In this document: one piece after another, positions 12,328 to 24,579 of the stretch
Numbering within the stretch: position 1 is the stretch's first letter
How the letters are laid out: every line of letters starts with the position of its first letter
DNA from: Saprolegnia diclina VS20
Lineage: Eukaryota
Direction: 5' to 3'
Length of the DNA: 51,218 nucleotides
NCBI RefSeq assembly: GCF_000281045.1
Contig: NW_008246070.1
Span: 1,384,346-1,435,563 of the forward strand
Notes under the pieces: generated by a model
Seen by the model: the letters and a program-made list of their open reading frames with translations, nothing else
Told to the model about the DNA's origin: nothing
The model's database searches: none
Made by a program: the position numbers and the translations under genes

Positions 12328-12689
12328 ATATCGTCATGCTGTCTCTATTTGCTAATACGTAATTTTCACTAGTCAATAATGTCCACTGGTACTTTCATAA
12401 TCTAAACTACAGCCCTACTGTACTTTCTCAGCAGCAATGATGGTAATTTGTCGGGTCACTCCCACAAGCTCCAACTTTGTCGGATCATCATGGGTTCTTC
12501 AATGCTGCTCCGTTGCCCGGCTGCACGAACAAAGGTGTCGAAGCGTAGTAGAGGCTCAAAGCTGCTGGCTTTGGGCAACGAGAGACGGGCCTCAGTTTTC
12601 TGGGCATTTCCATCGACTTGTACTGCGGCTGTGGGACGGATATCTTTCAAGATATCAACAATGAAACGGTAGAAAAGGCAACGCGACCG

Positions 12690-15313
12690 ATGGGCGACAG
12701 CGAGGAGCCAGTGGATCCCCGCCCGCTGAAAGACGCGCTCCTGCGCGACGTAGCATGGGCCGAGAAGATGCTCGACGCGCACGTACGGCAACCCTGTCGG
12801 CTGCTATCTCCGTACACTTGGCACGTAGGCTCGCAACTACGACCACGAATGCACGGTTTGCCACAGCAGGCAAACGATTCTCCTTGTCGCGCAGCAGCAC
12901 GTGTACTGTCGCATGTGCCGGACGACGACAGCCAACGTCTACTACCGACCACGACCTTGCGACAAGATCAGCGAGCTCGAGCGCCTCTCCAAGGACGCTG
13001 CGAACGGTCCGTCCTAAATGCCATCTCCAACGAAAGAATTCATGCGGCACCTAGAAATGCTGCGGGAAATACTTGCGGCCTTTGAGCTTCCCCACAACAA
13101 AAGTCTCTTGGCCAACGCCAAAGTACAAGGTAGTCGCGTCTTGCCGTTCAAGGCTAAGCACCCAGCACTAGCGCGGAACCAGCTCCTTCTCGTCGTCCAG
13201 GTAATCGCTGTACTCTGTCGAATATCGGGTTCCGAACATCTTTTATAGACGTATATTCCACTTGCCCTGAGCATTGTTGGCGCCGTCATTGCGCAGTTGC
13301 GATCCGCGTCTGCATGAAGGAGACGACTACATGCGCGTAGGTATGGGTTTGCCAACTCACTCGAAGGCGTTCTCAAGAGCATTCGCGCGATGCAAGAGCA
13401 CTGCGGCGGCGACGATGCTCTCCACGACGGTGTCGTTCAGCTGCGCCATCTCTTCTCGCCCTTCAATACGTTTGAGCTCGGTAATACTGGCGTCATCCTT
13501 TCTGCAGAATCGTTGCTAGTACACATGTAGACGACGCGCGCATTCGCCAAGAAGAAGTCGACGCTGCGAACGAAGCGATCGAAGCCGAAGCGCAGCGTGT
13601 GGCCGACGCCAAAAAGCTCGAGGCGCTCGCACAAGAGCGCCGCGACATGGCGCTCAAGCGAGCTAAAAAAGCGGCGCGCGGCCTCGACCCCAACCAGAGT
13701 ACATGTCTCAGTTGGAAACTATTGTCTATATTCTGTGGACATCTAGTCTATGAGCCCATCATTGTTCGGCAACCCCCTCGCGAGATGCTGCTCGTATCGG
13801 GCCGCCAGGCCTTCTTGAGCATCGTCGCTTCGCGCACCGAGATGTATCAGTGGACCTTCAACGGCATACCGCTGCCAGACGACACCCCAGGCATGCGCGG
13901 CTCGCGAAGCGCGTTCCTTCGCATCTCGTTCTTCACCAAAGCCATGTGCGGGCAATATGCGTGCATTTGCACCAACGACGACGGCTGTATGGTGAGTGAC
14001 ATCTGCACGCTCGCGATCGGTACGTGAACCAGCCTCGTCCATTCTAAATGCTCCGCGTAGCCCAGCTCCAGCCAACGCTACTCCGCCGCGCAACGGTACC
14101 GTGTATTCCGCACGACGTGTGCGTGGACGAGGCGACGACCGAGTACTTGGTCGTCTTGGCGGCGCGAGGTGTCGAGTTTCGGCACAAAACGACGCTGGCG
14201 GTCGTACCGACCGAGAATGCACCGTCTTGCAGCGACAAGAGTCTCGTGCTCGCAAGCGATCGCGACACGCTTTTACTCGGACTCGCCAACGGTTCGCTCC
14301 ATGTGTGGCGCACACAAATTCGGCTGCCACCGCCGCCAACTCCAGTCCTCGAGCCATCGCCAGCCCTGCTCAAGGAAGTGCCGTCGGCACGGCGCATGAG
14401 CGTCGTCGCCGATCAAAAAGCGGCATCGTTCAAGCGCGCAGCCAACCGGCGCGCCAGCGTGACATCGGTCGTGCACGTCGTCCGCACCGAACGCCACGCG
14501 ACGTCGCTCGCCAAGATGGCATGCGTGTCCTTCTTTGCCAACAAGACGTGGTTGCTGTTGTCCGACAAAGCCAGCAGCCTGCAGCTGTACCGTCTCGGGC
14601 AAACGAATCAAGACGAGGTGCTATTGCCGCTCCTCTTAGCTACGTACGTGATTGCGGCTCCCGGCAAAGCGCGCATCAAGGCGGTCGCGACCAGTGCCGC
14701 GCTGCCGTATGTGGCCGCTGCGTACGAGCACGTGGCGTCGGTGGACCTTTTCAAAGTACTCGCCTCGACGTATGCAAAAACCACGATTCGGACGCGGTAC
14801 CGCGTTTCGGCGCTAGCGATGCCCGCCTACGGCTACGAGCTCGCGATCGGCGAGCAGGGCGTGCAACACGGCTTTCTTAGCGTCTTCAATGTGGAGACGC
14901 GGCACCGGAATTGGCACACGCGGGGCCACTTTGGCCCGATCGAGCACATGCAGTACATTGGCAACTTTGTCCTGTGTACGCTCGGGATGGACCGCAGCGT
15001 CAAGCTCTGGGACACGACGAAACGCGCGTGCCTGCTCGAGTTTGTGCCCCAATCCGGGATCCCAACGACGTTGCGTACATTCAGCTATGCGACGCCCGAG
15101 GCCGCGACGGCCTGCGCGATTGCAATAGGGTATTACACCAAGCAGCTCGAGGTGTGGCACATCGCATGCCTCGACAAGGTGCTCGCGAGCATTGAAACGG
15201 AGCATCTGTACGCTGTCGTCACGGTGCAGAAACAATGGCGTGGCGCGCTGGCCCGCCACCGACACCAACGCGCTGCTGTCCTCGGGGCTGCCGCCGACAG
15301 CCATGTGCCGTAA
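12690..15313 (+). CDS. Multi-domain protein: CxxC-x15-CxxC knuckle, helical/coiled region, Ig-like domain, WD40-like repeats, C-terminal IQ motif; multi-exon
   Basis: Splice reconstruction from ATG 12690; CTVC...CRMC at 12850-12918; PIIVRQP...YQWTFNG...LRI...GQYACICTNDDG at about 13755-14020; LLLGLANGSLHVW and GHFGPIEHM...TLGMDRSVKLWD; VQKQWRGALAR. Confidence 0.75.
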
Positions 15314-16124
15314 ACTGACGCGACTCGATGGACATGAACAGATCGCGTCATCGGCGACCAACAACTGGACGCTTCGTTCCACCATGCACTGAATCGAGGT
15401 TGCTGTTTCTTGGTAGTCGTTGGTGGACAAACGAGCCGAGAGCAACAACGAGCTGATGATAGGGGCTGTGATGAGGCGCGAAACGGAGAGATTCGAGTCA
15501 GATTCCTGAAGATCCGCGTGCGATGTTCCTCGACCGACACGATCGAACGCTCGCGTAATGTCCGGACGCGCCTCCGTACACCGGCGAAGGTTCAAATTTG
15601 TTGGGCTGTTGATTGGCTGCATGCGAGCGCAAAGTTCAGAAAGCCACCAATCGTATGCGCTGGCGTAGGTCGATGCACTTCCCCGTATTTGCCCAAATCG
15701 CCGGGCGGACGGACCTTCTCGAAAACGCCCACGGACGACGTATCTATCCTGCGTCAAGCCTCTTTGCATCACTGCCTCGTGCCATCGGGTCTTCTTTGTG
15801 TCTCGTCGGTCGAGACGCAAGCTCATATTTCCCGATTGCATTTTCACATTTCAACATTTCAAATATCAAATATTTCACAGGTTGTGGGATAACCACGAGG
15901 GCGTGCCACGCCAGTGACGCCCGACGAAATCGACGCGATGGATACGCATGGGTGCACAGCGTCATTGTCCGTCGTCAGCGCCAAGTCGCGAGTTCGCACG
16001 GATGTGTAATGGTCGAGTTGAGATACACATGATATTTCACCCATCATTTGAGACAGAATTGGGAGCTTCCGTCGCAAGCTTGCAGTGGCAGCACTCGCGA
16101 ATTCGTTCCGTGGCCGTTCCACCC

Positions 16125-17691
16125 ATGGACGACATCCGCCAAGCCGCCGAGAGCCTCCAGCGCGTGCTCGCTTTTGTCGAGCGCGAGAAGAACCAGCACA
16201 TGCTGCCGACGTCGCCGATGGCCGCGCTGCAGAAGCGCGTGCTAGAGCTTGAGAACCAGCTCAAGGAAGCCCGGGACGAGAAGGAATATTGGTTCCGGAA
16301 AAGCTCTGGCATCGACGACGACTTTCACAACTCGATTCGGCGCCCGCGCTCCAACTCGGAGCTGCGCGTGATTGCCGACACGATCTCGCGTGGCAGCGAC
16401 GAGAGCCTCAGCGACCTCGAGAAGGACGACGGTGTGCCAGGCTGGGACAAGCGCGCGCCGTTCCGGCTTCTCCAGTGCAGCGACGAAGAGTGCGAAGTCT
16501 TTACGGCGCAGCACCGCAACATTCGCACGCAGCACCGCGCCAAGAACAACGTGCAAATGATGTGGGACACGCCGCCAACGACCGTGCTCCTCGTGAAAAA
16601 GCCCAACGACGCCGCCATTACCGAGACCATGCTCGCGGTCGCCAAATGGCTCATGCATGAGAAGGGCATGCGCGTCTTCCTCGAGCCTGTCGTGCACGCA
16701 GCGGTCGCCAAGGATCTCCCGCAAGCGCACACGTGGATGACGACATACGACTGGCTTCTCAAGCAAAACGAAATCGACTTTGTCGTCTCGCTGGGCGGCG
16801 ATGGCACCGTGCTCTGGGTCTCGTCGCTCTTCCACATGAGCGTCCCGCCCGTGATTTCGTTTGCGATGGGGTCGCTCGGCTTCCTCACGCCCTTTGACAT
16901 TTCCCAGCGCGAAGGTCTATAACCATGGCGTTTCAACATCTCACACCTCGTGATTTGCGCGTAGAGCACCTCAAGCACTTGATCCGGGGCGGGTTCTATC
17001 TCTCGCTGCGACAGCGCCTGCAGTGTACCGTCTTGCGTGCCAAGCCCGGCGTCGTCGAAGAGGTCCAGATGCCGATTCATGCTTTGAACGAAGTCGTGAT
17101 CGACCGCGGCCCGTCGTCTGCCATGGTCGACCTCGACTGCTTCTGCGACGGCGTCGAACTCACCAAGATCAGCGCCGATGGCATCATCATTGCGTCGCCC
17201 ACTGGCTCGACCGCCTACTCGCTCTCGGCCGGCGGGAGCATGACCCATCCCAGGTCCGACCAACGCTTGAAAATGGTGTCTTGCCAACTGACGACAACTT
17301 GTCCAATAGTGTGCCGTGCATGCTGCTGACACCGATCTGCCCGCACTCGCTCTCGTTCCGGCCGCTTCTCTTCCACGACAGCGCAACGCTCAAGATCGTA
17401 CTTCCTTTCACAGCGCGCACCTCCAGCGTACGGCGTGTCAGGACGGTCCTTGACGACTCATCTGCGGGATGAACATAGGTCAACGTGTCGTTTGACGGCA
17501 AGACGCGGCTGCGACTGGGGAAGGGCGACGCGCTGTACGTGCGCGTGTCGTCGTACCCGCTGCCGTCCGTGTGCCGCCTCAACGAGAATGAAGACTGGTT
17601 CGAGTCGGTCAAGGTCAACTTGAACTGGAACCAGCGGCGCGAGCAAAAGCCCTGGGCGCCGCTCGACGACGTGCGCCAGTCCAAAATGTAA
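16125..17691 (+). CDS. NADK: NAD(+) kinase with N-terminal coiled-coil extension; multi-exon
   Basis: SLGGDGTVL, GSLGFLTPF, LNEVVIDRG, ADGIIIASPTGSTAYSLSAGGS, TPICPHSLSFRP; first intron 16915-16964. Confidence 0.95.
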
Positions 17692-17762
17692 CCTTGTGTG
17701 TCGATGTGTAGTAGATGAGATCCTCGGATAGCGTAGCGGCGGGTGATAGATAGTCCTATTAT

Positions 17763-18908
17763 TTAATGGCGCTCGTCCTGCTGCGCCGCAACCTCGTCTC
17801 GGAGCAGCTCGCAGCGCGCAAGCGTGTCGGTCAGCAGCATGAGGGCTTCGTTGTGCACAGAAGCCTGCGTCTCGCTCCACTCGTCCAGCGACCGGTCATT
17901 GCTCACGGGCTCGAACCCGCTGCTCAGTGACGACGGTGGCATGCCGAGCGTACTAGCGCGCGTCCACTCGGATGACGTGCGACGATCTGCCTCGAGCCGC
18001 TTGACGTCGTCGTCGAGCTTGGTCGGCGTGCGGAACCCCAGCTGCACGGGCTTGGGCGCTTGCTGGATGAGTTGCACGATGCGGCTGAATGGGCTCTTCT
18101 CGACAGTCTCGTTGTTGACCGAGACCAAGAGGTCGCCGAGGCGTGCCATCATGATGCCAGTCGCAACGCCCTTCCCTTGCGTAATGCGCTCGATGCGACA
18201 GCCGCCCGTCTTGGCCTGCGTTGTCGATTGCTTGAGCCGAATGCCAAGCTCGCCGCGCTTCCAGATGACATAATAGTCGCACCCCGAGCCGCGCAAATCC
18301 ACGTTGTCAAAGTCGTCCGAGGCCTCGGTCTCGCTCGGAAACTGCTGGAAGCAGAGGCGCCCGCTGTTGAGCTCGCTGTAGATGTGCGAGTGCGCTTCCA
18401 TGGAGCCGAGGAGCCGCTGGAGCTTGCTCATGAGTTCCGGGAGGTTGTCACTAAAGTCGTCAGCGATCGCGTGCTCACCCACAAAGCTCGTGCTGCGACC
18501 AAGGAACGCGCGTTGGATATTCTCCTGGCTCATTGTGTTGTACGGGTACATGCTGGCAATGAGGTCGTCCGTCGGCTCGCTCTCGGGCATGGGCGAGTAG
18601 ATCTGGAGAAACTCAACATGTGAATCGGGTAGCGTGTGGTCGTCGGCCAAAGCAAGCTCGAGCGGGAGGTGCTTCTCGTGGCTGCGGACCCAGAGCGCGT
18701 CCGGGTACGCGTACACGAGCTTCTCGAGCACGACAAGCGGGATCGCCGGGTCGCAGCAGGCCCAGTGCAGCGGCAGGTTGCCCTGGAGGTCCGTCTCCAT
18801 GGCGTGATCCGGGTCCATCTCGATCTTCATCTCGAGGGCCTTCCAGTCGCCAGCCTGCGCGAGCTCGATCGCGCTGAGCTTGGACGACGCCGAGTACGAC
18901 GTCGACAT
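17763..18908 (-). CDS. Ankyrin-like N-terminus plus PDZ-like domain protein
   Basis: GNLPLHWAC...LVYAYPDAL...HLPLELA; GELGIRL...GDLLVSVNNETV...IVQLIQQAPKPVQLGF (PDZ pattern). Intronless. Confidence 0.82.
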   Translation of the reverse strand: MSTSYSASSKLSAIELAQAGDWKALEMKIEMDPDHAMETDLQGNLPLHWACCDPAIPLVVLEKLVYAYPDALWVRSHEKHLPLELALADDHTLPDSHVEFLQIYSPMPESEPTDDLIASMYPYNTMSQENIQRAFLGRSTSFVGEHAIADDFSDNLPELMSKLQRLLGSMEAHSHIYSELNSGRLCFQQFPSETEASDDFDNVDLRGSGCDYYVIWKRGELGIRLKQSTTQAKTGGCRIERITQGKGVATGIMMARLGDLLVSVNNETVEKSPFSRIVQLIQQAPKPVQLGFRTPTKLDDDVKRLEADRRTSSEWTRASTLGMPPSSLSSGFEPVSNDRSLDEWSETQASVHNEALMLLTDTLARCELLRDEVAAQQDERH

Positions 18909-20173
18909 GCTGCTTGCTGTCTCTTCCTTGATTGTGACTGCCCAAAATCGAGCCTCGATACAAGAACATCGCAGAGGTGCAAACTTGACCTTATAAACTT
19001 CAAGAGAAATTGCCGTCCAATAAGATCTACTATCGAGGCCGAGCATTACATTGGCTCCAAGAGGCGAGGCTGCGCATTTCTACACGGCGACGGACTGCGG
19101 TGGCGACCTATATCTACAGTGCACGGAGATGGCAGGAAGAGAGTACATGATAACGATACCTGCTTTATTTAATGTTTAAATGATGCACTCTTGAAGGGTC
19201 GGTGGACTTCCGCTCGCCCGCCATCGAGCCCAAGACGAGAAACTACAGGGCGAAAGGATCTCGCATGTGATTGTGGACAGCACCATGGGATAGTGCATTC
19301 TTATTTCTTGGGCACGAGTCAAGGAATGCAATGGAGAGAGTTCATCTACTAACGTTGGTAAGAATCTTCAAGATTTATTTGTCAGCGACTTGCAGAAGCG
19401 CGTCGGTCGCAATCTCCGTGCGAGTTGAAGCATGTTGACGCAGTGAGTGCGATATAGGATGGCGCAGTAAAGACAAGTGTGAGCGTTGACGTTTTCGTCA
19501 TGGTTGCTGGTATGACGCCGTGTGAGCCGAGGCCGCGCCCACATACTTGCGCTTCGTGATCATCGTTGGCGCTGGGATGCAGGTAGTACCTTGCATCGAG
19601 TGCTCATACTTTGTGCTTGCGAGGCCACCTCGTTAATGGTTTGATGAGCATGCTCCAGAACGCGATGGGCGCAACCTTTCGCTCAGGATCGTATTTCCTA
19701 CCTTTTGATTCGCTGATACGATATTGCCTTTTGAGATTCCACCAATCGCAAACTTCGATGCCGCTTGAGGCGGATGCAGGTCGAGGCTTCCACGCGATGG
19801 CAGTACGTGCTTGACGAGGGTTCTGCGATCTCGACTTGCCGCAACGTCAACTCGCTGAGGCGCTACAGTGTAATGCTGCAACGTGCCCGTCAGTATCCTT
19901 CAACGCAGGTGTCGACATAAACACGACAAGTTCTCCGCATCCGCCGCGCCTGTCTGCGCGTGCTGGTCGCGGGGATGACAGATTGGAACCCAAGCGTGCT
20001 TCTCGACATCCCGCCGTCGTCGTCTCGAGAACAACGGTCGCGCGGAACAATTCGGCGCGATTTCGTCCAAATTCGAAGGTTGGTCGCTCAACCGTCGATA
20101 TCGAAGACGCAGCTTTCGTGGAACGCTAGCATGGGCACGGCGCGGCGAGAAGGGCACTCGACAAACGGCGCGG

Positions 20174-20860
20174 ATGGCGACAAAGCTGGACGAACTGCAG
20201 CCCGCGGAGGCCATTTTGCTCGCACGGACTCAGGCACCGCCGAAAAAAGCTTCGTCGTCCACGCACCACATTGCACCCAACGAGTCCCTCACCGACTTTG
20301 TACGACGCGTACGGCCGTCAACCCCGCATGCGACCAAACGCTGGATCTCGATCCACGGACCGTACCCCGCCCCCGCGCTGTTGCTCACGGACGAGCAGAA
20401 AGGCGCTTGCGTGGCCGAGCTGACGACGCTTGTTGATGCGTGGTCGGACGAGTTGGCCCACGTACCGCCGACCGACGTTACACGGCAGGCGCGGATCGTC
20501 TCGGCCAGTGTGTTCGCGCTTGCGAAACAGTACAACTATGGCTCGGGCAAACTCTTGGTGTCGCTATCGCCCTCGACCGTCGACGCCAAGTGGTCGGCGA
20601 TCGCGGTCGCAACCGTGCAAGGCGCGCTCGGGTGCAGCGCGCGCATCTCCACGACATATGCATCCTCGCGGCTCCACATCGCATCCATCATTGTGCCCTG
20701 CTTCTGGGATGAAGCGCGGATGCTGCAAATCCTCTCCAAGTTATCAGAGCTCGGCGTGCATGTCACTGCCTTCAAGCCTGATATCTTCTCTGCCTTGCCC
20801 GGCTGCGACCTCCGGCGCCTGCACCTGCACACACTCCTCTACAACCCCACGTGCCCGTGA
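20174..20860 (+). CDS. UPF0696/DUF1917 (C11orf68-like, eIF4E-like fold) protein, divergent
   Basis: SGKLLV...VDAKWSAIAVATVQGALGCSARIS...H...FWDE...LSELG...FKPDIFS follows the family pattern GKW..VD..W..IA.AT..G.LG.SAKVS...YKPDIYT. Confidence 0.75.
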   Translation: MATKLDELQPAEAILLARTQAPPKKASSSTHHIAPNESLTDFVRRVRPSTPHATKRWISIHGPYPAPALLLTDEQKGACVAELTTLVDAWSDELAHVPPTDVTRQARIVSASVFALAKQYNYGSGKLLVSLSPSTVDAKWSAIAVATVQGALGCSARISTTYASSRLHIASIIVPCFWDEARMLQILSKLSELGVHVTAFKPDIFSALPGCDLRRLHLHTLLYNPTCP

Positions 20861-21272
20861 CCACCCAAGACGCCTGGACAGAAACGGTCGCCATCCAACT
20901 CAAGCGACTGCAAACGCAATAAGAAGTGATTTTTCGTCATATTCGTACAGTCTCGCGAGCCCAACGCGGCCGTCTATGTATGGTCAACATGCTCCATCGA
21001 CATTAGCACACACACGACGGCCGCGCGCCATCTTTGCGGCGCCGGGTGGAACCGGCGCGCCCTTTGACCTTGAAGTTGGGCACGCAATGGGTCACAAAAG
21101 CCAGCGCGACTCTTCGATTGAGTATATGCCTCTCAGATCTTATACTTCGAAAACCTTGGAGAAGTGATACATTCCATAATTCCGTCATGCGGGCATCGGA
21201 TTGGCCAAAATGCCAGAGAATGCCACCTTGCGACTTTTTTTGGAAGCGCCCGACAAGATAACAAATCTGCCC

Positions 21273-22082
21273 ATGTCCCTCACGCACAAACGGCGACCGG
21301 TCTGCGTGGCCACCGACGACGCGACGAACGACGCCCATGAGCCCGCGCCGGCTCCACGGTCGCTCCTGCCGCCGCTGCACCGCGGGCCCAAGGCCGAGCA
21401 GGCCAAGCCGGCGGCGACCACCGACGCCGAGCCGCTCGAGGCGACCGTCATCGACACGATGGAGCAAGCGCTCCTCAAGTGCATTCGCTACGTTCTCCTC
21501 TCGATGGATCCGCAGCAGGCGCGCAACATGGCCAACTACATGCTCTATGTGTGCCATCGCGTCGGCGTCCTCTCGCCGCTCGCGCAGGCGCTCGAACAAA
21601 ACGCCGAAGTCCAGCAGCTTCTGCAAAAGACGTCCGAGACGACGACAAAGCACAACCAGTGGCAGCGGTGGTTATGGTCCTTCCTCGGCCGAACACCGAC
21701 CGTGTCGCCGGCGTCGTCGCCCCGCGGCCAAGGTCCGCGGGATGATATGCGACTGGCGCAAGATGGCGAGAACCTTGAAGTTGGCTGGGCCGTGCGCTAC
21801 ATGCAACGCGAAGCCAAGCTGCCAAAAGAAGTCAGCTGTCGCATGAAGCGCATGATGCACACCGAAGTGCCACTCAACCTCTTCCGCGCCGAAGTCGAGT
21901 ACGTCAAGAAGGACGCCGACGTCATCGGCTTTGTCACGCCCGATAGCTTTCCGCCGACACCAATGGGGCGTCAAAACCAAACGCAGCGCACGACGTTCTA
22001 CACGGTTGCGGTCCTCGACCTCGCGACCAAGGCGCTCCAAGACCTGCAAGCCCAGTCATTGTCGTCGTCTGCCACGACATGA
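21273..22082 (+). CDS. Hypothetical protein
   Basis: Long intronless ORF with strongly GC3-biased codons; start could also be 21210; no recognised domain. Confidence 0.75.
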   Translation: MSLTHKRRPVCVATDDATNDAHEPAPAPRSLLPPLHRGPKAEQAKPAATTDAEPLEATVIDTMEQALLKCIRYVLLSMDPQQARNMANYMLYVCHRVGVLSPLAQALEQNAEVQQLLQKTSETTTKHNQWQRWLWSFLGRTPTVSPASSPRGQGPRDDMRLAQDGENLEVGWAVRYMQREAKLPKEVSCRMKRMMHTEVPLNLFRAEVEYVKKDADVIGFVTPDSFPPTPMGRQNQTQRTTFYTVAVLDLATKALQDLQAQSLSSSATT

Positions 22083-22181
22083 GTCCACCGCCGCTTCTGC
22101 GTACATTGATGATTATTGGACTATAAATAGCGGCTAACTTATAAGATGCAACACTTCTCAACCCAATATTGTCATAACACT

Positions 22182-24179
22182 TTACATGCGCCGCCAAAAG
22201 AGGTATAAGCCCAAGGCCGCCGCGCCGGCGTACACCACGTGATCTACGCTCGCGTGCTCGAGGACCGTGTCGACCGCGTCGTCGAGCGTCGCTGTGACCA
22301 CGTCCGTAATGTCTTCAACGAGCTTCTGGCGCGTGGGCACGTCGCGGGGGAGCGCCACCTCGGACGTCGACGTCGATGTTGACGAGGCCGTCGCGCTAGC
22401 CTCGTCCACCTCCATCTCCATCTCGAGGTCTGCGTCGTCCGTCTCATCGTCCGACGCCGTCATCAGTTCGACGACCGCAGGAAGCGCACCGCTTTGCACG
22501 AGACGAAACACGGCATTGCAATACTCGGCCACGACTTGAGGCGACCACGGTGTGCGGTCCGGGCCTTCGTAAAAGCCCAAGTGCCCGCCGCCGTGGGTCA
22601 CCGCGAGGAGGACGTTGGGGTTGGCGGCGCAGTCGTCGTACGGAATACCGTGCTGGACGCAAATCGGGTCGTCGTACGCCGAGAGAAAGAGCGTCGGAAT
22701 CGCAATGTGCTTGATGTCTACGTGAGCTCCTTAGTACAAGCAGGCTCCGGAGAGCCAACGAACAATGCACGCTCGACGCTTGACGGTAAAAGTCGCTGAC
22801 GGTCTCGTACCTACAGCACGCTTCAGCGTAAAGGCAAACGAACCGAGTGCCTTTGACGAAAGGACATACCCAAATACGAGACGGGTAAAGCGGTCGTCGT
22901 ACTCGCGCAGGTTCTTGGCGGTCCGGAGGTGGTCGAGGTCGACGATCGGATGGTCCTGAAACACTTCGTGGGCATTTGTCTACCGATAAACGCTGTAGAT
23001 AAACTAGGGTTAGGGTACTCAAGTACCTGGCGGAACACCACATCGATGAGGTTCTTGGTCATAATGTTGTTGTATGTGAGGCGGTAGAGCCACGAACCCA
23101 TCAAGTGGTGGCTCGATGTCGTGAGGCAGTACGGGTTGCCGACCGCGACTGCCGCCGTGAGCAAGCACCGATTGCTTTCTTCGCCGACAAACTTGGTCAA
23201 GATGTTGCCACCGAGCGAGTACCCGACGCCAAGCAGTACGCTTGTCGGGACGTGCGCTTCCCGGAGGTACGCTACGACCTCGCGCACATCCTGCGTGTAC
23301 CCCGCGCAAAAGAGCTAACGACAGCGCTTCGAAAACAAGCGTTGCGAGACTCATGTACCTTGGGCGTGGCGAGCTTGGTCTTGCCACAGCCGCGGGCGTT
23401 CATGACAACGACGCGCCAGCCGTTCTGGATGAGCGCCACAACACCGCTACGCACGTATTTCTACATACAGGTTGTGAGATTTACCTTTCACCACTTTGCA
23501 CCTCGTGGCTGCCTCCAGCAAGACCGTGCAGAATGAGCTACGGTCATAGCAACACATCGTTCATGCCGGTCGAAGAAGTCAAAGTCTCGTACGACGGTTG
23601 GCTTGTTGTGGTCGTTGGTGGACGACGCCGCCGGCACGGTCGCAGCGCTTTTAGCCCAGTCCAAGGACAAGACGCCGCCGTCCGAGAGTGAAAAGAGCTC
23701 GCGCTGGTACTCGACGCGCGGCTCGTCGTTCTCGGCCGCCACCGCGAGCGTCTGCAGGTGTCTATGATGGTTACCGTCAAATGCACTGCTGTCTCGTTGG
23801 GGCTTGATGGTCGTACCCATTGAAGAGGTACCAAGTTGGGTGGTACGGGGCACCTACGTCAAAGGTGGTTCAAGTGCCGGAAACATGGCGTGACGACGTA
23901 CGAATACGTGGGCAGGCGGCTACAAGCTGGCGCATGATGTCGTTGCCTTGGTACGTCAAGGCAGGCAGGCGCGCCGTGCACAAGTAGTGCAGCTTGTAGA
24001 CGCCAATGAGGCTCAAGCGCACGGCAACGTGGGCGAAGATCGCAAGCCACACAAGTACGAGCAGCGTCACGACGAGGCTCGGAGGCTAGCACAGACGCAT
24101 GGGCACAGGCAGCTCTATGGCTTCGTACCGAGGCTTCTCCTGGGCGCAGGACTGCGCTGAGGACGTCCAAGAGACCCAT
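22182..24179 (-). CDS. Alpha/beta hydrolase, ABHD1/2/3-YheT (family S33) type; multi-exon
   Basis: NGHLQT, DGGVLSLDW, ILHGLAGGS, VVMNARGC, nucleophile GYSLGGN, DDPIC, GGHLGF; N-terminal hydrophobic anchor and C-terminal hydrophobic tail. Confidence 0.93.
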
Positions 24180-24579
24180 GCTGCTGCTGCTCGTGATGCT
24201 TCGCGATCCCGACTGAGTGCCACCAGGTCGTGGCCAACGATCCTAATTAGGACGCGCAAGCGTTTCGTCAACGCACTGTCGCAAGCACTTGCGTAATCCA
24301 TCGGTGGGATTTGCTCCTTTCTCACCGTGTGAATTGTGTAAAACATCTGCCTTCTAATATACTACGTGTAAAACACAGGTGTGGTATGTGCTATATTCAT
24401 TGATGCAGTGGAGTTTGAATTGCGATCTTCGAGATGATGGGCTGCGCACCCTCGACGACGGCACGCCATGGAATCCTGTTCCACACAGTGTTTGAAACAG
24501 TGCTTCGACCAAAACAAGGGCCGCGCAGAGAGAGAAATGTGTATATGTTGCTGGAATAGATACAAGGACCGAGGGCTGC

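Noticed and set aside
13310..13320. In-frame TGA as possible selenocysteine or readthrough codon
   Set aside because: Falls within a plausible GT-AG intron whose removal restores the frame; no SECIS identified.
14813..15847. 344-aa minus-strand ORF overlapping the WD40/IQ gene end
   Set aside because: About half is antisense shadow; the rest lacks a recognisable domain or clear codon bias. A small gene is not excluded.
19050..20150. Long intergenic region checked for tRNA, ncRNA or a hidden gene
   Set aside because: No cloverleaf, strong hairpin or convincing exon chain seen by eye.
23005..23016. Telomere-like TAGGGTTAGGGT (similar GGGTTAGGG near 48483)
   Set aside because: Only about two units, inside minus-strand introns where they read CCTAAC, i.e. 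likely branch-point sequence.
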